This document shows, in pieces, positions 55,716 through 64,000 of a stretch of DNA of 64,000 nt. Below the pieces are notes generated by a model that was not told the DNA's origin, made no database searches, and worked only from the letters and a program-made list of their open reading frames with translations. The DNA is taken from contig VBBN01000029.1 of NCBI GenBank assembly GCA_005888735.1, forward strand, positions 14,564 to 78,563, written 5' to 3'. A program made the position numbers and the translations under genes. Source of the DNA: Candidatus Bathyarchaeota archaeon. Lineage in GTDB: Archaea > Thermoproteota > Bathyarchaeia > 40CM-2-53-6. Within the stretch, counting starts at the first letter, position 1. Every line of letters begins with the position of its first letter.

Positions 55716-56731
55716 TCACGCTGTGGTCTCTGTTGGTTGAAGGGTTGGGAAAGACGGGACTACGGAGTGGAAATCCAGCCTAACGGCTGTCACGATTCGC
55801 CTTCTCAGCATTATCACAAGTACCAGGAAGCCAACCCCTACCCCACTCATTCCTAGAACCCCGTTCAGCTCCAGAACAAAGTCAAAGAACATGAAGAAGC
55901 CGAGGGCCCCAGCAATAATGCTAAGCCTTTGAAGATCGCTGAATCCCCGTAGAGACCAACGACACAAGAGATTCTGATAGGCAAGAGCGACTAGAAACCC
56001 GACCGCCATCGTTATCGCGGCGACGGGAATGATCGTGCTGTAGAAGAAGACCAAGAACCCCAGAGGAGCTGAAGTGCCGAGTAGAGCAAGCTTCCACTCA
56101 GCCACCTTCAACGTTGACTGTGACAATGGATTGTTGGGCACCCGTTTTGCAAACCAGCCCAGAAAGACAACCGCGGCAACACATGCAGGAAGCCAAAGGA
56201 GAAGCTCAGGCGCAAAATATGGAAAACCTACAAAACCGGCAACTATCGAGGCGAGCAGCAAAGACTGGAACAGTCTTCTCTGATTTTTCGAAAGCCACAG
56301 CTTGGCTCGCGCCTCTGGATAGTAGAGCTCAACGATGAGGATCGGGATCGTTATGCTGAAGATGGCATGGTATATCGTGAGCCACTCCGCCCAGACCCAG
56401 TTCACACCAAGCCAGCGACCATAAGTCCCAAGAACGCCTAGGTCCTTCCAAGCGGGGTTGAAAAAGCTCCGGACGAGAATGCCCTCCTCAATAATGCCGT
56501 AGGCCGCGCCTAGCAGCAGTATCGAGCGCCAGCTTTTTCCCCAGCGTCTCGCATAGTCTCGAACCAGTAAGGCACCGCTTCCGTAGAGCGATGAGAGAAA
56601 AACCAGGCCGACTGGTTGAAGAATGCAAGAGGCGGCGAGGCCCCTGAGAGGAGTTCGCCAACTGCGGGCGAGAGCAGGAAGAGAAAGAGGATCGGTTTAC
56701 GATAATCTCTTCTGGCGGCAAGGTTCTCCAA
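55716..56731 (-). pseudogene. polytopic membrane protein gene interrupted by one frameshift (or a sequencing error)
   Basis: The N-terminal part (MENLAARRDYRKPILFLFLLSPAVGELLSGASPPLAFF) is in one frame. From about 56615 the protein continues in another frame (PVGLVFLSSLYGSGALLVRDYARRWGKSWRSILLLGAAYGIIEEGILVRSFFNPAWKDLG...GVNWVWAEW...) down to 55716. Confidence 0.5.
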
Positions 56732-56859
56732 GACCGTTTCTCCAACGGTCGAGACCGTTAAAACTCGGGAAAAAGGGGTTTGGTAACCGGAATCAGATGT
56801 TCGCGGTCAGGCTGGCCTGCGATAAGGGTCTGGTTCAGCCCTTATCGTCGCCTTGGGTT

Positions 56860-57210
56860 CTACTTTTGGCTCCAGATTCCGATTAGGTTGCCGTGCGGAT
56901 CCTTGAGGGTGCCCCAGTACCCCATTCCGCCGCCGATAGCCTTTTTCCGCTGTCCGATTTTTCCGCCGAGCTGCACGGCCTTCTTCTGTGCATCAGGTAT
57001 GTTCTGCACTGTCACGTAGAACGTGGTGGTTCCTGGGGTTATCTTCTTGGCTAGGTTGAAACCGCCGCCCACGCCTTTCTTAGAGGTCTTGAACATTGCG
57101 TAGTTGTCGCCGAACATTTGGAATTGCCAGCCGAAGAGTCTTGAGTAGAACTTCTTTGTCGCCATTAGGTCTTTGGAGTTGAGTTCTATGTGGTTGATTT
57201 CCTTACCCAT
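56860..57210 (-). CDS. VOC/glyoxalase-family protein
   Basis: 116 aa with INHIELNSKDLMATKKFYSRLFGW...DPHGNLIGIW. Confidence 0.75.
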   Translation of the reverse strand: MGKEINHIELNSKDLMATKKFYSRLFGWQFQMFGDNYAMFKTSKKGVGGGFNLAKKITPGTTTFYVTVQNIPDAQKKAVQLGGKIGQRKKAIGGGMGYWGTLKDPHGNLIGIWSQK

Positions 57211-57313
57211 GGATTATTCTTGAGAGAAGTATATCGAAATATTGAGTTTAAAAAGCCTAAGGTTGGATAGGAAACCGGCTATTTCTTCGGTTGAAGCATC
57301 GCTGGGCAGTTGC

Positions 57314-57805
57314 TCACATTGCGGTTGGCGATGGGACCTGCTGTTTCGGCCCGAACCTGCCAAAGAAAGTGCCTAGCAGATATCCGTAGACGAGGCTCGC
57401 TATGAGCCCGATGAGAACTGAGAGGCCGATATAGGTAGCTCCGTATGAAAAGCTGCCTATGTTAAACAGAATTCCGATTATCCAAAGTATCACACCGAAC
57501 ACTATGCCCCTCATGGCTAGGCTCTTGCTTTGCATGTACTTGTTGTGCGCTGCTGCGAATACTAGACCCAGAATTGCACCCACGACTATTGTGCCGACGA
57601 AAGTACCGACTACGAGAAGTACTAGAGCTGCGGCTAGCGCTTGGTCGACGGTAATCACTGAGCCCACAGGGAGCGCGTCTTGAATGGCTCGTCTAGCCGT
57701 GTCCTGGACTAGTGTGAACAGAGCATAGTAGCCTATCGCGAGAATAACTCCACAGACCAGCCCAGCTACTACTCCTGCTTTAGCTCCTCTTCCATACTCT
57801 GCCAT
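57314..57805 (-). CDS. hypothetical membrane protein
   Basis: 163 aa with four or five TM segments. Confidence 0.45.
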   Translation of the reverse strand: MAEYGRGAKAGVVAGLVCGVILAIGYYALFTLVQDTARRAIQDALPVGSVITVDQALAAALVLLVVGTFVGTIVVGAILGLVFAAAHNKYMQSKSLAMRGIVFGVILWIIGILFNIGSFSYGATYIGLSVLIGLIASLVYGYLLGTFFGRFGPKQQVPSPTAM

Positions 57806-57841
57806 GGCCCGGGCGGAGGAGGTTGTAGTATAGAAGAGTTT

Positions 57842-58300
57842 CTATTGGACTAGATTTGTCCCCGCAGGTGCGGGTGTGATGGAGGCAGACTTGGATGTTC
57901 GAGAGGCCATCACCGTGATCAATGTGGCTAGGCACACGAAGAGTACGTAGACTGGGAGTAGAAAGTAGAGGAACCCGTAGAGAAAGATTGAGCCGTAGAA
58001 GAGGACGAGTCCTCCGATAACTGGGAATGAAATATGAGTGTGAAGCATTCGGTTAACCTCTACCCAGATTGACTTGTCTTTTGCTATAAGACCTGCGAGC
58101 CCGAAGTAGGGGCCCAGAATCATTCCTGCTACAGCCATGACGTTCAGTATGAGCCCGCCAGGGAACAGGAAACTGACTAAACTTCCTCCGCCGTAGGGAT
58201 AATTACCGTAAGGCGAGAACAACGATGGAATTAATAGGTAAGCCGCGCTCGCCACAACGATGAGATACGAAATCGGAACGACTCTTCCCTTCAAGCTCAA
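57842..58300 (-). CDS. hypothetical membrane protein
   Basis: 152 aa with four TM segments. Confidence 0.45.
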   Translation of the reverse strand: MSLKGRVVPISYLIVVASAAYLLIPSLFSPYGNYPYGGGSLVSFLFPGGLILNVMAVAGMILGPYFGLAGLIAKDKSIWVEVNRMLHTHISFPVIGGLVLFYGSIFLYGFLYFLLPVYVLFVCLATLITVMASRTSKSASITPAPAGTNLVQ

Positions 58301-58338
58301 TGATTGTGTGAGCTTGGAAGATAAAGGGATACAGTAGC

Positions 58339-59259
58339 TCAGCGACTCATCAATCGTCTAAGAAAAACCTGTTTGAAAGCCGCGGCTTTTGCATCCTTAC
58401 AGACTGCGATCCTCTGACCCTGTAGCTCCTTGGATGGCCGGTCTCTCCTATCACTGACTGTCATACCCGTCGTGTACTCGCCCTTTGTCTCCACATTGAC
58501 ATGATAGTCCTGGAACTTGAACAGGGAAGGTCTCACTTTCATGGCAATAGCCATTGGATCATGCAGAGCGAATCGTTTCTCTCTTCCCATGGCCTTTGCC
58601 AGAATTTTGGCGGCGAATTGGGCATGGTCGGTCTCACTCCTCTTGATTGTAGCATATTCCCTCGGTGATAGTTGAGCGCCAGGAGTCATCGTTACATCGA
58701 GGCCGACGCATTTCAGTGACACTCCCGATTCGAACACTATTTTGGCCGCTTCCGGGTCTGAGTAGATGTTGAACTCTGCGGCAGGCGTCTCGTTCCCAAC
58801 GCCGTACTCTGTTAGACCGTAAGCTCCGCCCATTATCACTACATCGTCTAACCTTCTTACAATATCAGATTCTTCGGTGAAGACAGCTGCAATGTTCGTT
58901 AGAGGTCCGGTGGCAACAATGCTCAGCCTTCGGCGACCGGCCCCCTGGGACTCTTGCTTGATGAGGGACAGCGCGCTCTCAGCACGGGGTCTCAAGCTTG
59001 GACTAGGGAGCTCAGAGTCTCCCAGTCCATCCGCGCCGTGAAAGTCCATAGCCCGTACCGGGTCTCGCACCAACGGATTCGCTAGACCTCTAGCGACCCA
59101 GACATCCTTTCTTTCAAGAAGTTCGACGACTCTCAGCGCGTTCATCGCGGCTTGTTCAACAGGGACGTTTCCCGAGACAGCTGTGATTCCAGCGACATCC
59201 AATTCCGGCGACCTAAGGGCGAGGATCAGCGCTAGCGCGTCGTCTATCCCACCGTCCAT
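58339..59259 (-). CDS. nucleoside hydrolase (IU-NH family)
   Basis: 306 aa from the first ATG. The N-terminal Ca-binding motif reads IIDMDGGIDDA, so its first Asp lies upstream of that ATG. The frame is open up to the TAG at 59302-59304. Confidence 0.85.
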   Translation of the reverse strand: MDGGIDDALALILALRSPELDVAGITAVSGNVPVEQAAMNALRVVELLERKDVWVARGLANPLVRDPVRAMDFHGADGLGDSELPSPSLRPRAESALSLIKQESQGAGRRRLSIVATGPLTNIAAVFTEESDIVRRLDDVVIMGGAYGLTEYGVGNETPAAEFNIYSDPEAAKIVFESGVSLKCVGLDVTMTPGAQLSPREYATIKRSETDHAQFAAKILAKAMGREKRFALHDPMAIAMKVRPSLFKFQDYHVNVETKGEYTTGMTVSDRRDRPSKELQGQRIAVCKDAKAAAFKQVFLRRLMSR

Positions 59260-59301
59260 GTCGATAATGACCCGGGCGGGCCGCTTCGACCCGAAACGCC
59301 T

Positions 59302-59940
59302 CTAGAACAGTTTCACAATCTTATTGGCCGGAAGAATGTCAGCCAGGTACCAGAACTTGAGATACTGGAGACCTGTTCGGTATTGTAGTTCTGTGAACGA
59401 GTTAACGGCATCCTCGGCAATAATAGTCTCGTATCCTCGGAAAAACGCATCGGCGGTCGTGTGTCTTACACAGCAGTCCGTGTGCAAGCCGGACAGAACT
59501 AAGGTGTTGGCGCCCTTTCCATCGTATGCCCTCTTCAACTCGCGTTCAAGCCTTGTATTGAAGAAACTGCTGTAAGTTGTCTTTGGGATCTGCAAGTCCT
59601 TCTTGCGGGGGCGAAGTTCTGTGATTACACGCGCGCCCTTGGACCCGCGCATCGCGTGTTTTCCCCAGCGGTAGATCTCAAAGTCCTTCCGTGTATGTGA
59701 GTCGTTCGGGTAGAGCACTGGAACCCCGGAGCTTCTTGCCTTGTCCGCCAGATCCCCCGTCCGCGGAATCATTGGCACAGCCCTGTCACACTTGATTTTT
59801 CCATAGACGAAATCGTTCAACATGTCTACGACAAGCACTGCGTACCTGCGATCCTTGTTGTAGACGTGCGGAGCAACCGAACCGGCGGGGTCATAGACTG
59901 CAACGTTTTCCGCCGAGCCTTGACCGTGAACCCGACCCAA
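59302..59940 (-). CDS. isochorismatase-family cysteine hydrolase (nicotinamidase-like)
   Basis: 212 aa with catalytic D/K/C context: VLVVDMLNDF, IPKTTYSSF and GLHTDCCV. Confidence 0.8.
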   Translation of the reverse strand: MGRVHGQGSAENVAVYDPAGSVAPHVYNKDRRYAVLVVDMLNDFVYGKIKCDRAVPMIPRTGDLADKARSSGVPVLYPNDSHTRKDFEIYRWGKHAMRGSKGARVITELRPRKKDLQIPKTTYSSFFNTRLERELKRAYDGKGANTLVLSGLHTDCCVRHTTADAFFRGYETIIAEDAVNSFTELQYRTGLQYLKFWYLADILPANKIVKLF

Positions 59941-60015
59941 ATAGTCGTCCGCTCAACGAGGCTGGGGGTCAGGCATGGATTTTAAGATGATGCCGTACTC
60001 GCGAGCTCTTCAAGG

Positions 60016-61251
60016 GTGGAGAATCTGGAAGAGGCCGCGGACGTTGCCATTGTCGGAGCAGGATTGCCGGCCCTGGCCCTCGCAATCTCTCTTCAGGAGA
60101 GGGGGATTTCTACGATGCTGCTCGACAGCCGGAAATCCGCGGATAGTTTTCCCAGAGGCTTTACGCTTCAGCCCAATGGGCTTGAAGTTCTAGACAAGCT
60201 CGGCCTACTTGACAAGGCACTGCAGACGGGTTCCAAGGCCGAGGTTTTCGAGGTTCGCGCCTGGGACGGCAAAATACTGCTTGAAGCAGACTACAAGCTT
60301 CTCGATCACCCACAAAACTACCTCCTCACAGTAAACGCGACAGATCTAGACATGGTCTTGCGATACAAGGCGGAGAAGTCAGGCGCCCAGTTCGTTTGGG
60401 GAACGAGCTTCAAAGACCTAGTCCGCAATAACGGCCAACTAACTGGGTTAAAGTTCGAGACCAATGGCGCGCTTCAAGAAACAAACACGGCTGTCGTCGT
60501 AGGAGCTGATGGTGCAAATTCCAGAGTCAGAACACTCATCGGCTCGAAAGCCGAGGCCCAGAAGTATCGTGACTCCTTCATCGTTGGGCTAGTCGGCCCG
60601 GTTTCCGGGTTTCAGGGCCGCGCCCGTCAATACCAAAACCCCGGAAAGATGCTTGGAGTGATGCCCGCTAGCCCCACAATCACGTACTTGTTCCATTGTG
60701 TGGGGAAGAGCAGCTTCGACCAAGTTAAGGCTGCAGGGATGGAAAAGCTCAAGGCAGAAGTGAACCGGGTCGCGCCGGAGACAGTCGAAGCCTTGGCAGG
60801 AATGGAGACCTGGACCAAGCTCGCTTTCTTTACCCCAAGCCGGGTTCTCGTGGATCGATGGGTTGACAACGGCGTCGCCTTGCTGGGTGATTCAGCCCAC
60901 TCCTTCCATCCTCACGCCGGCCAGGGGCTGAACCTCTCACTACAAGACGCGCTCGTCCTAGCCGAGGTAATAGAGAAGGCCGTAACATCACACGACAACT
61001 CTGCTAACTTCCTGCGGGAATACGAGACTCGACAGCGTATGTTCTCTGATGTAATCGGGCAACATGCAGACTACTCTGCCCGGTACGCGCTGAGCTCAAA
61101 CTGGCTGATACGGAGGCTGAACAGGAGAGCACTCAACAAGCTCCAAAAGAACCGCAGACTATTGAAGGAGGCTCTGGAAATCACCGCAGGCGTCTTCCAG
61201 AAGAAGCCTAGCCTATTGAAGCTCGCCCGAATCGGCGGCCTACTCCCCTAA
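60016..61251 (+). CDS. FAD-dependent monooxygenase/oxidoreductase (UbiH/geranylgeranyl-reductase-like)
   Basis: 411 aa with DVAIVGAGLPALALA (GxGxxG), VVGADGANSRVR and GDSAHSFHPHAGQGLNLSLQDA. GTG start. Confidence 0.8.
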   Translation: MENLEEAADVAIVGAGLPALALAISLQERGISTMLLDSRKSADSFPRGFTLQPNGLEVLDKLGLLDKALQTGSKAEVFEVRAWDGKILLEADYKLLDHPQNYLLTVNATDLDMVLRYKAEKSGAQFVWGTSFKDLVRNNGQLTGLKFETNGALQETNTAVVVGADGANSRVRTLIGSKAEAQKYRDSFIVGLVGPVSGFQGRARQYQNPGKMLGVMPASPTITYLFHCVGKSSFDQVKAAGMEKLKAEVNRVAPETVEALAGMETWTKLAFFTPSRVLVDRWVDNGVALLGDSAHSFHPHAGQGLNLSLQDALVLAEVIEKAVTSHDNSANFLREYETRQRMFSDVIGQHADYSARYALSSNWLIRRLNRRALNKLQKNRRLLKEALEITAGVFQKKPSLLKLARIGGLLP

Positions 61252-62513
61252 GTCGCGGCCGGAATCGGGGCTAGGACCTTCTCCTCAGGCAATCGCGTCT
61301 CCTTGAAAGCGACCCAGAAGTAGCTGATAGATGCCAGGTAGAGTCCTGTACAAATCCAGAAGGGCAATGAGAGGTACAGGAAACCGCCGAGACCCATAAT
61401 GTAAGCCCCCAGTCCCGTGCTAATCGAGTTAGGAAAACGCCACAATGCAGCGGTTATCGCCGCTGCCGTAGCCCTCTCGTCTTCAGAGACCAATCCCATC
61501 AGCAACGACTGTTCTGCCGGGTTTGACATCATCATCAAACAACTGCGCACTATGAAAACGGCAGAGGCAGCTGGGAAGTTTGGGGTGAAAGGCATCGAAA
61601 ACAGGAAGGCAGTCGAGGAGGCCTGTGTCACAACAATTGTCTTGACCGTGCCGAATCTCTTCGCTAGTCTCGGCGTTGCGAGATTCGCAACTCCCATAAC
61701 CAGGCTGTTGATACCGCCAAAGACTGGCCCTGTCACGTCATCCTTCACTCCGAACCTCAGGTAGGCCCATCCCGGAACAAGCGGGACTACCATCCCCGCG
61801 CCGAACGCGATGAGCCCTCCAGCGATCGAGTACTGGACTACGGGTCGGAGCGATTTTCTGGGTAGAAAGTGAAAGCGGGGGTTGCCAAGCACAGAGGGCT
61901 TCGAATCGGACACCTTGGAGACCATTGCGGGCCCGAAAAGGCTGACGGCCGCGACACCCGCGAACAGGTAACGGTGTCCTTGGACTAGGCTGATGCCAAG
62001 CAGAGAATCGATCGGTCCAAGGATGCTTGCGCTAAAACCTCCCGCAGCAGAGCTTATGGTAGAGACGAAAAAAGAAAGTGTGAAGGCTCTGGTACGCCAA
62101 GCGTTAGTAGCCTTGTCAGCAAGCATAGCAGTCCACGATGAGGCGAACATTGCCTCGGAGAAGCCGGAGAGGGCCGCAGCCGCGAAGAGTAGCGAAATAT
62201 TTGTCCCCACGATTGCAAAGAGGGTGATTGCGAAGGCTGAAACTACTCCTCCGCCGATTACGAAACGCTTCCTTCCATAGCGGTCGGCGAGTATGCCAAA
62301 GGGCCACGTGGCCAAAGCGCTAGTAATCCCGAACGTACCAACAATGAGCCCTGAGAGGGCAAAGCTCAGCCCTTCGAGAACAAGGAAGACTTGGAGGGTG
62401 ATGAAGAGTAGGCCTGCGGCCGCCCAGTTGAAGAAGCTGGCGTAGATTAGCAGGTCTGCCTCGCGTGGAATCCCCTTGTAACCGTCAAAAACTCCGCCGA
62501 AGCGCCATCCCAA
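61248..62513 (-). CDS. MFS transporter
   Basis: 421 aa with 12 TM segments and the loop 2-3 motif GILADRYGRKR. Confidence 0.8.
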   Translation of the reverse strand: MGWRFGGVFDGYKGIPREADLLIYASFFNWAAAGLLFITLQVFLVLEGLSFALSGLIVGTFGITSALATWPFGILADRYGRKRFVIGGGVVSAFAITLFAIVGTNISLLFAAAALSGFSEAMFASSWTAMLADKATNAWRTRAFTLSFFVSTISSAAGGFSASILGPIDSLLGISLVQGHRYLFAGVAAVSLFGPAMVSKVSDSKPSVLGNPRFHFLPRKSLRPVVQYSIAGGLIAFGAGMVVPLVPGWAYLRFGVKDDVTGPVFGGINSLVMGVANLATPRLAKRFGTVKTIVVTQASSTAFLFSMPFTPNFPAASAVFIVRSCLMMMSNPAEQSLLMGLVSEDERATAAAITAALWRFPNSISTGLGAYIMGLGGFLYLSLPFWICTGLYLASISYFWVAFKETRLPEEKVLAPIPAAT

Positions 62514-62597
62514 GCAGGGTTCCCCGCGGCTTGTCGCTGGACGCGATTGCTTTGGCGACTCTAAAAGATTGGTCCGAGACGATGAGTCTGGGCTAAT

Positions 62598-63524
62598 TCA
62601 GCCGAACAGTCGAGACAGGAGAAAACCGGCGATTGCGCCGCTAGCGGGCGAGACGACCCAGCTGGTCAAGATCAGGAAAACGTTTCTCACATTCATCACT
62701 CGCATCTTCCTCGCAAAACCCGACCCGATTATCCCAGAGGAGACGGTCTCCGTGATAGACACAGGTATCCCGAGCTGGCTTGCGAGTTCAACTGAACTCG
62801 TCCCGAGCAGTTGGGCAAAGAACGCGTTGGGGTAGCGAAGCTGGAATATTCCCTCGGTAAGTCTGCGAAGAACACCCTGGCCCAGAGTAAACGCACCTAG
62901 AACCGCTCCAAGCCCGACCACTACGGCCGTCTCAAAGGTTTGACTGCTTGGGACGCCAACGATCAATCCCAGCGTATTGTTACCGAGGACGTAGGCTGAG
63001 AAGAAGCCGAGAAAAAGCAGTCCGGCCTTGAGGATGGACAGTTTCAGCCAGAGATTCTGCGGACTGTACCGGTCATCAAGTCCGACCAGAACAACTCCGA
63101 GGCCTGTTGCGACGATGGGAGCGGTTGTCCAGAACAAGAATATCAGGCCTAGGTAGCGGTTTACTTGGAGGGTTCCCGCGGAGAGGCTGACCCCTAGTAT
63201 TGCCCCGGTCAATGCTTTGGAGAGAGACAATGGAACTCTAGCAAATTCCCCCCCGACGAAAACAAGCAATGTCGCAAACAGTATCGAGAAGACCTGCGCA
63301 GATGTCTCCGTTGGTAGAAATCTTTCACGGACCTGGAAGAGTTTCGGTCCCTCTAGAGAGAGTCCTAGGATGTACCCTGCGGTCGCGATCAGAATGCCTG
63401 ACCTCTTGCTCACCATCCCCGTACCGATAATTGTCCCGGAGCAGGCTGAGAGATTGTTTCCTCCGACGACGATGCCGAGAAGCCCTGCTAGAAGAAGCGA
63501 GGCGGCACTGAAGAGGTCAGTCAT
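62598..63524 (-). CDS. PiT-family phosphate transporter-like protein with a degenerate N-terminal signature
   Basis: 308 aa and polytopic. The C-terminal PiT-like string is LGIPVSITETVSSGIIGSG. The N-terminal signature reads GGNNLSAC rather than GANDVAN. It is preceded by a DUF47/PhoU-like gene. Confidence 0.65.
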   Translation of the reverse strand: MTDLFSAASLLLAGLLGIVVGGNNLSACSGTIIGTGMVSKRSGILIATAGYILGLSLEGPKLFQVRERFLPTETSAQVFSILFATLLVFVGGEFARVPLSLSKALTGAILGVSLSAGTLQVNRYLGLIFLFWTTAPIVATGLGVVLVGLDDRYSPQNLWLKLSILKAGLLFLGFFSAYVLGNNTLGLIVGVPSSQTFETAVVVGLGAVLGAFTLGQGVLRRLTEGIFQLRYPNAFFAQLLGTSSVELASQLGIPVSITETVSSGIIGSGFARKMRVMNVRNVFLILTSWVVSPASGAIAGFLLSRLFG

Positions 63525-63531
63525 CTTTCAG

Positions 63532-64000
63532 CTAGGCACCCAAGGCCTTCGTTACGGCGATGACAAGATCGGAAGCATCCTCGCAGAGGTCCAGAATATC
63601 ATCAGCCTCAATGGTCGTCTGGATATGATTGTGGAATGACGCAAAGTCCAATTTCTCCCAGGACCCATAGATCTCATCCAGCATTCCATCCTTGACATCA
63701 TCACCCTGCTCCTCCAGACGCTCTATTTCATGGGCCAAGCCCACTGCTCTTGCACGGTCTGACCCGGCTGCGACCAAGAGCCTGCGTAGAACCTTGACTT
63801 GGGACTGGCCGATCTCGATCAGCCGAACCTGCTCTTTCCGGAATGCCGTATCAAACTCCTTCGCTTGCCTCAGCGGCCGCCTGGTCACTCTTCGCAACTG
63901 ACGCGACAGAGAATGCGCTCTATCGAGAATACTGTCAACAGAGTCAACCAGTCTCTCAAAGTCGTTTGAGAGGGATGCAATGATGGCCCCTCTTCCGAGG
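63532..64000 (-). CDS. DUF47 / PhoU-like Pit accessory protein, partial (N-terminus beyond window)
   Basis: The reverse frame is open from the window edge (...LGRGAIIASLSNDFERLVDSVDSILDRAHSLSRQ...) through the 121-aa ORF. The helical PhoU-like composition and position upstream of a PiT gene are typical. Confidence 0.65.
   Translation of the reverse strand, partial: LGRGAIIASLSNDFERLVDSVDSILDRAHSLSRQLRRVTRRPLRQAKEFDTAFRKEQVRLIEIGQSQVKVLRRLLVAAGSDRARAVGLAHEIERLEEQGDDVKDGMLDEIYGSWEKLDFASFHNHIQTTIEADDILDLCEDASDLVIAVTKALGA

Noticed and set aside
1-64000. CRISPR arrays, rRNA genes, integrase or reverse-transcriptase genes, and obvious defence islands
   Set aside because: A visual scan found no regularly spaced direct repeats, no rRNA-like sequence, and no ORF with integrase, RT, Cas, Argonaute or restriction-modification motifs.

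Overview
The window reads as an archaeal chromosomal segment. The markers are Orc1/Cdc6 next to an ORB-type origin, TFE-alpha, aMBF1, NAC-alpha, aTrm56, split LplB/LplA, split B12 acyl-CoA mutase subunits and tandem Lrp/AsnC regulators. GC content looks slightly above 50% by eye, coding density is high, GTG and TTG starts are frequent, and TAG is the commonest stop. I cannot assign a lineage without database searches. Most genes are housekeeping or metabolic: pyrB, nadA/nadC, leuCD-like, grpE-dnaK-dnaJ, acyl-CoA dehydrogenase, CoA-transferase, an FTCD-like fusion, an NrdD-like reductase, and several transporters. The most unusual locus is 15.1-16.9 kb. There a free-standing double-motif LAGLIDADG homing-endonuclease ORF sits between a decayed tRNA-Pro copy and an intact tRNA-Pro(CGG). 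The intact tRNA carries about 40 nt of extra D-arm sequence. Both copies are preceded by the same promoter-like 11-mer, and partial copies of the tRNA 3' end follow downstream. Other items worth follow-up:
- Two functionally coupled gene pairs (MeaB/mutase, and isochorismatase-like/nucleoside hydrolase) are separated only by an in-frame TAG, and the conserved N-terminus of each downstream gene lacks a canonical start codon.
- Two acyl-CoA mutase catalytic paralogs carry MCM-type and ICM-type specificity residues respectively.
- An unannotated 28-codon peptide with 9 Cys is divergent from an HxlR regulator that has a CCxCxCxC N-terminus.
- A class III RNR-like protein is fused to a wHTH domain.
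- One secreted protein carries both cohesin-like and dockerin domains.
- A NikR-ZIP divergent pair shares a perfect 12-bp inverted repeat.
All calls rest on reading the translations and the DNA by eye. Start codons are often uncertain, and no homology search was run.
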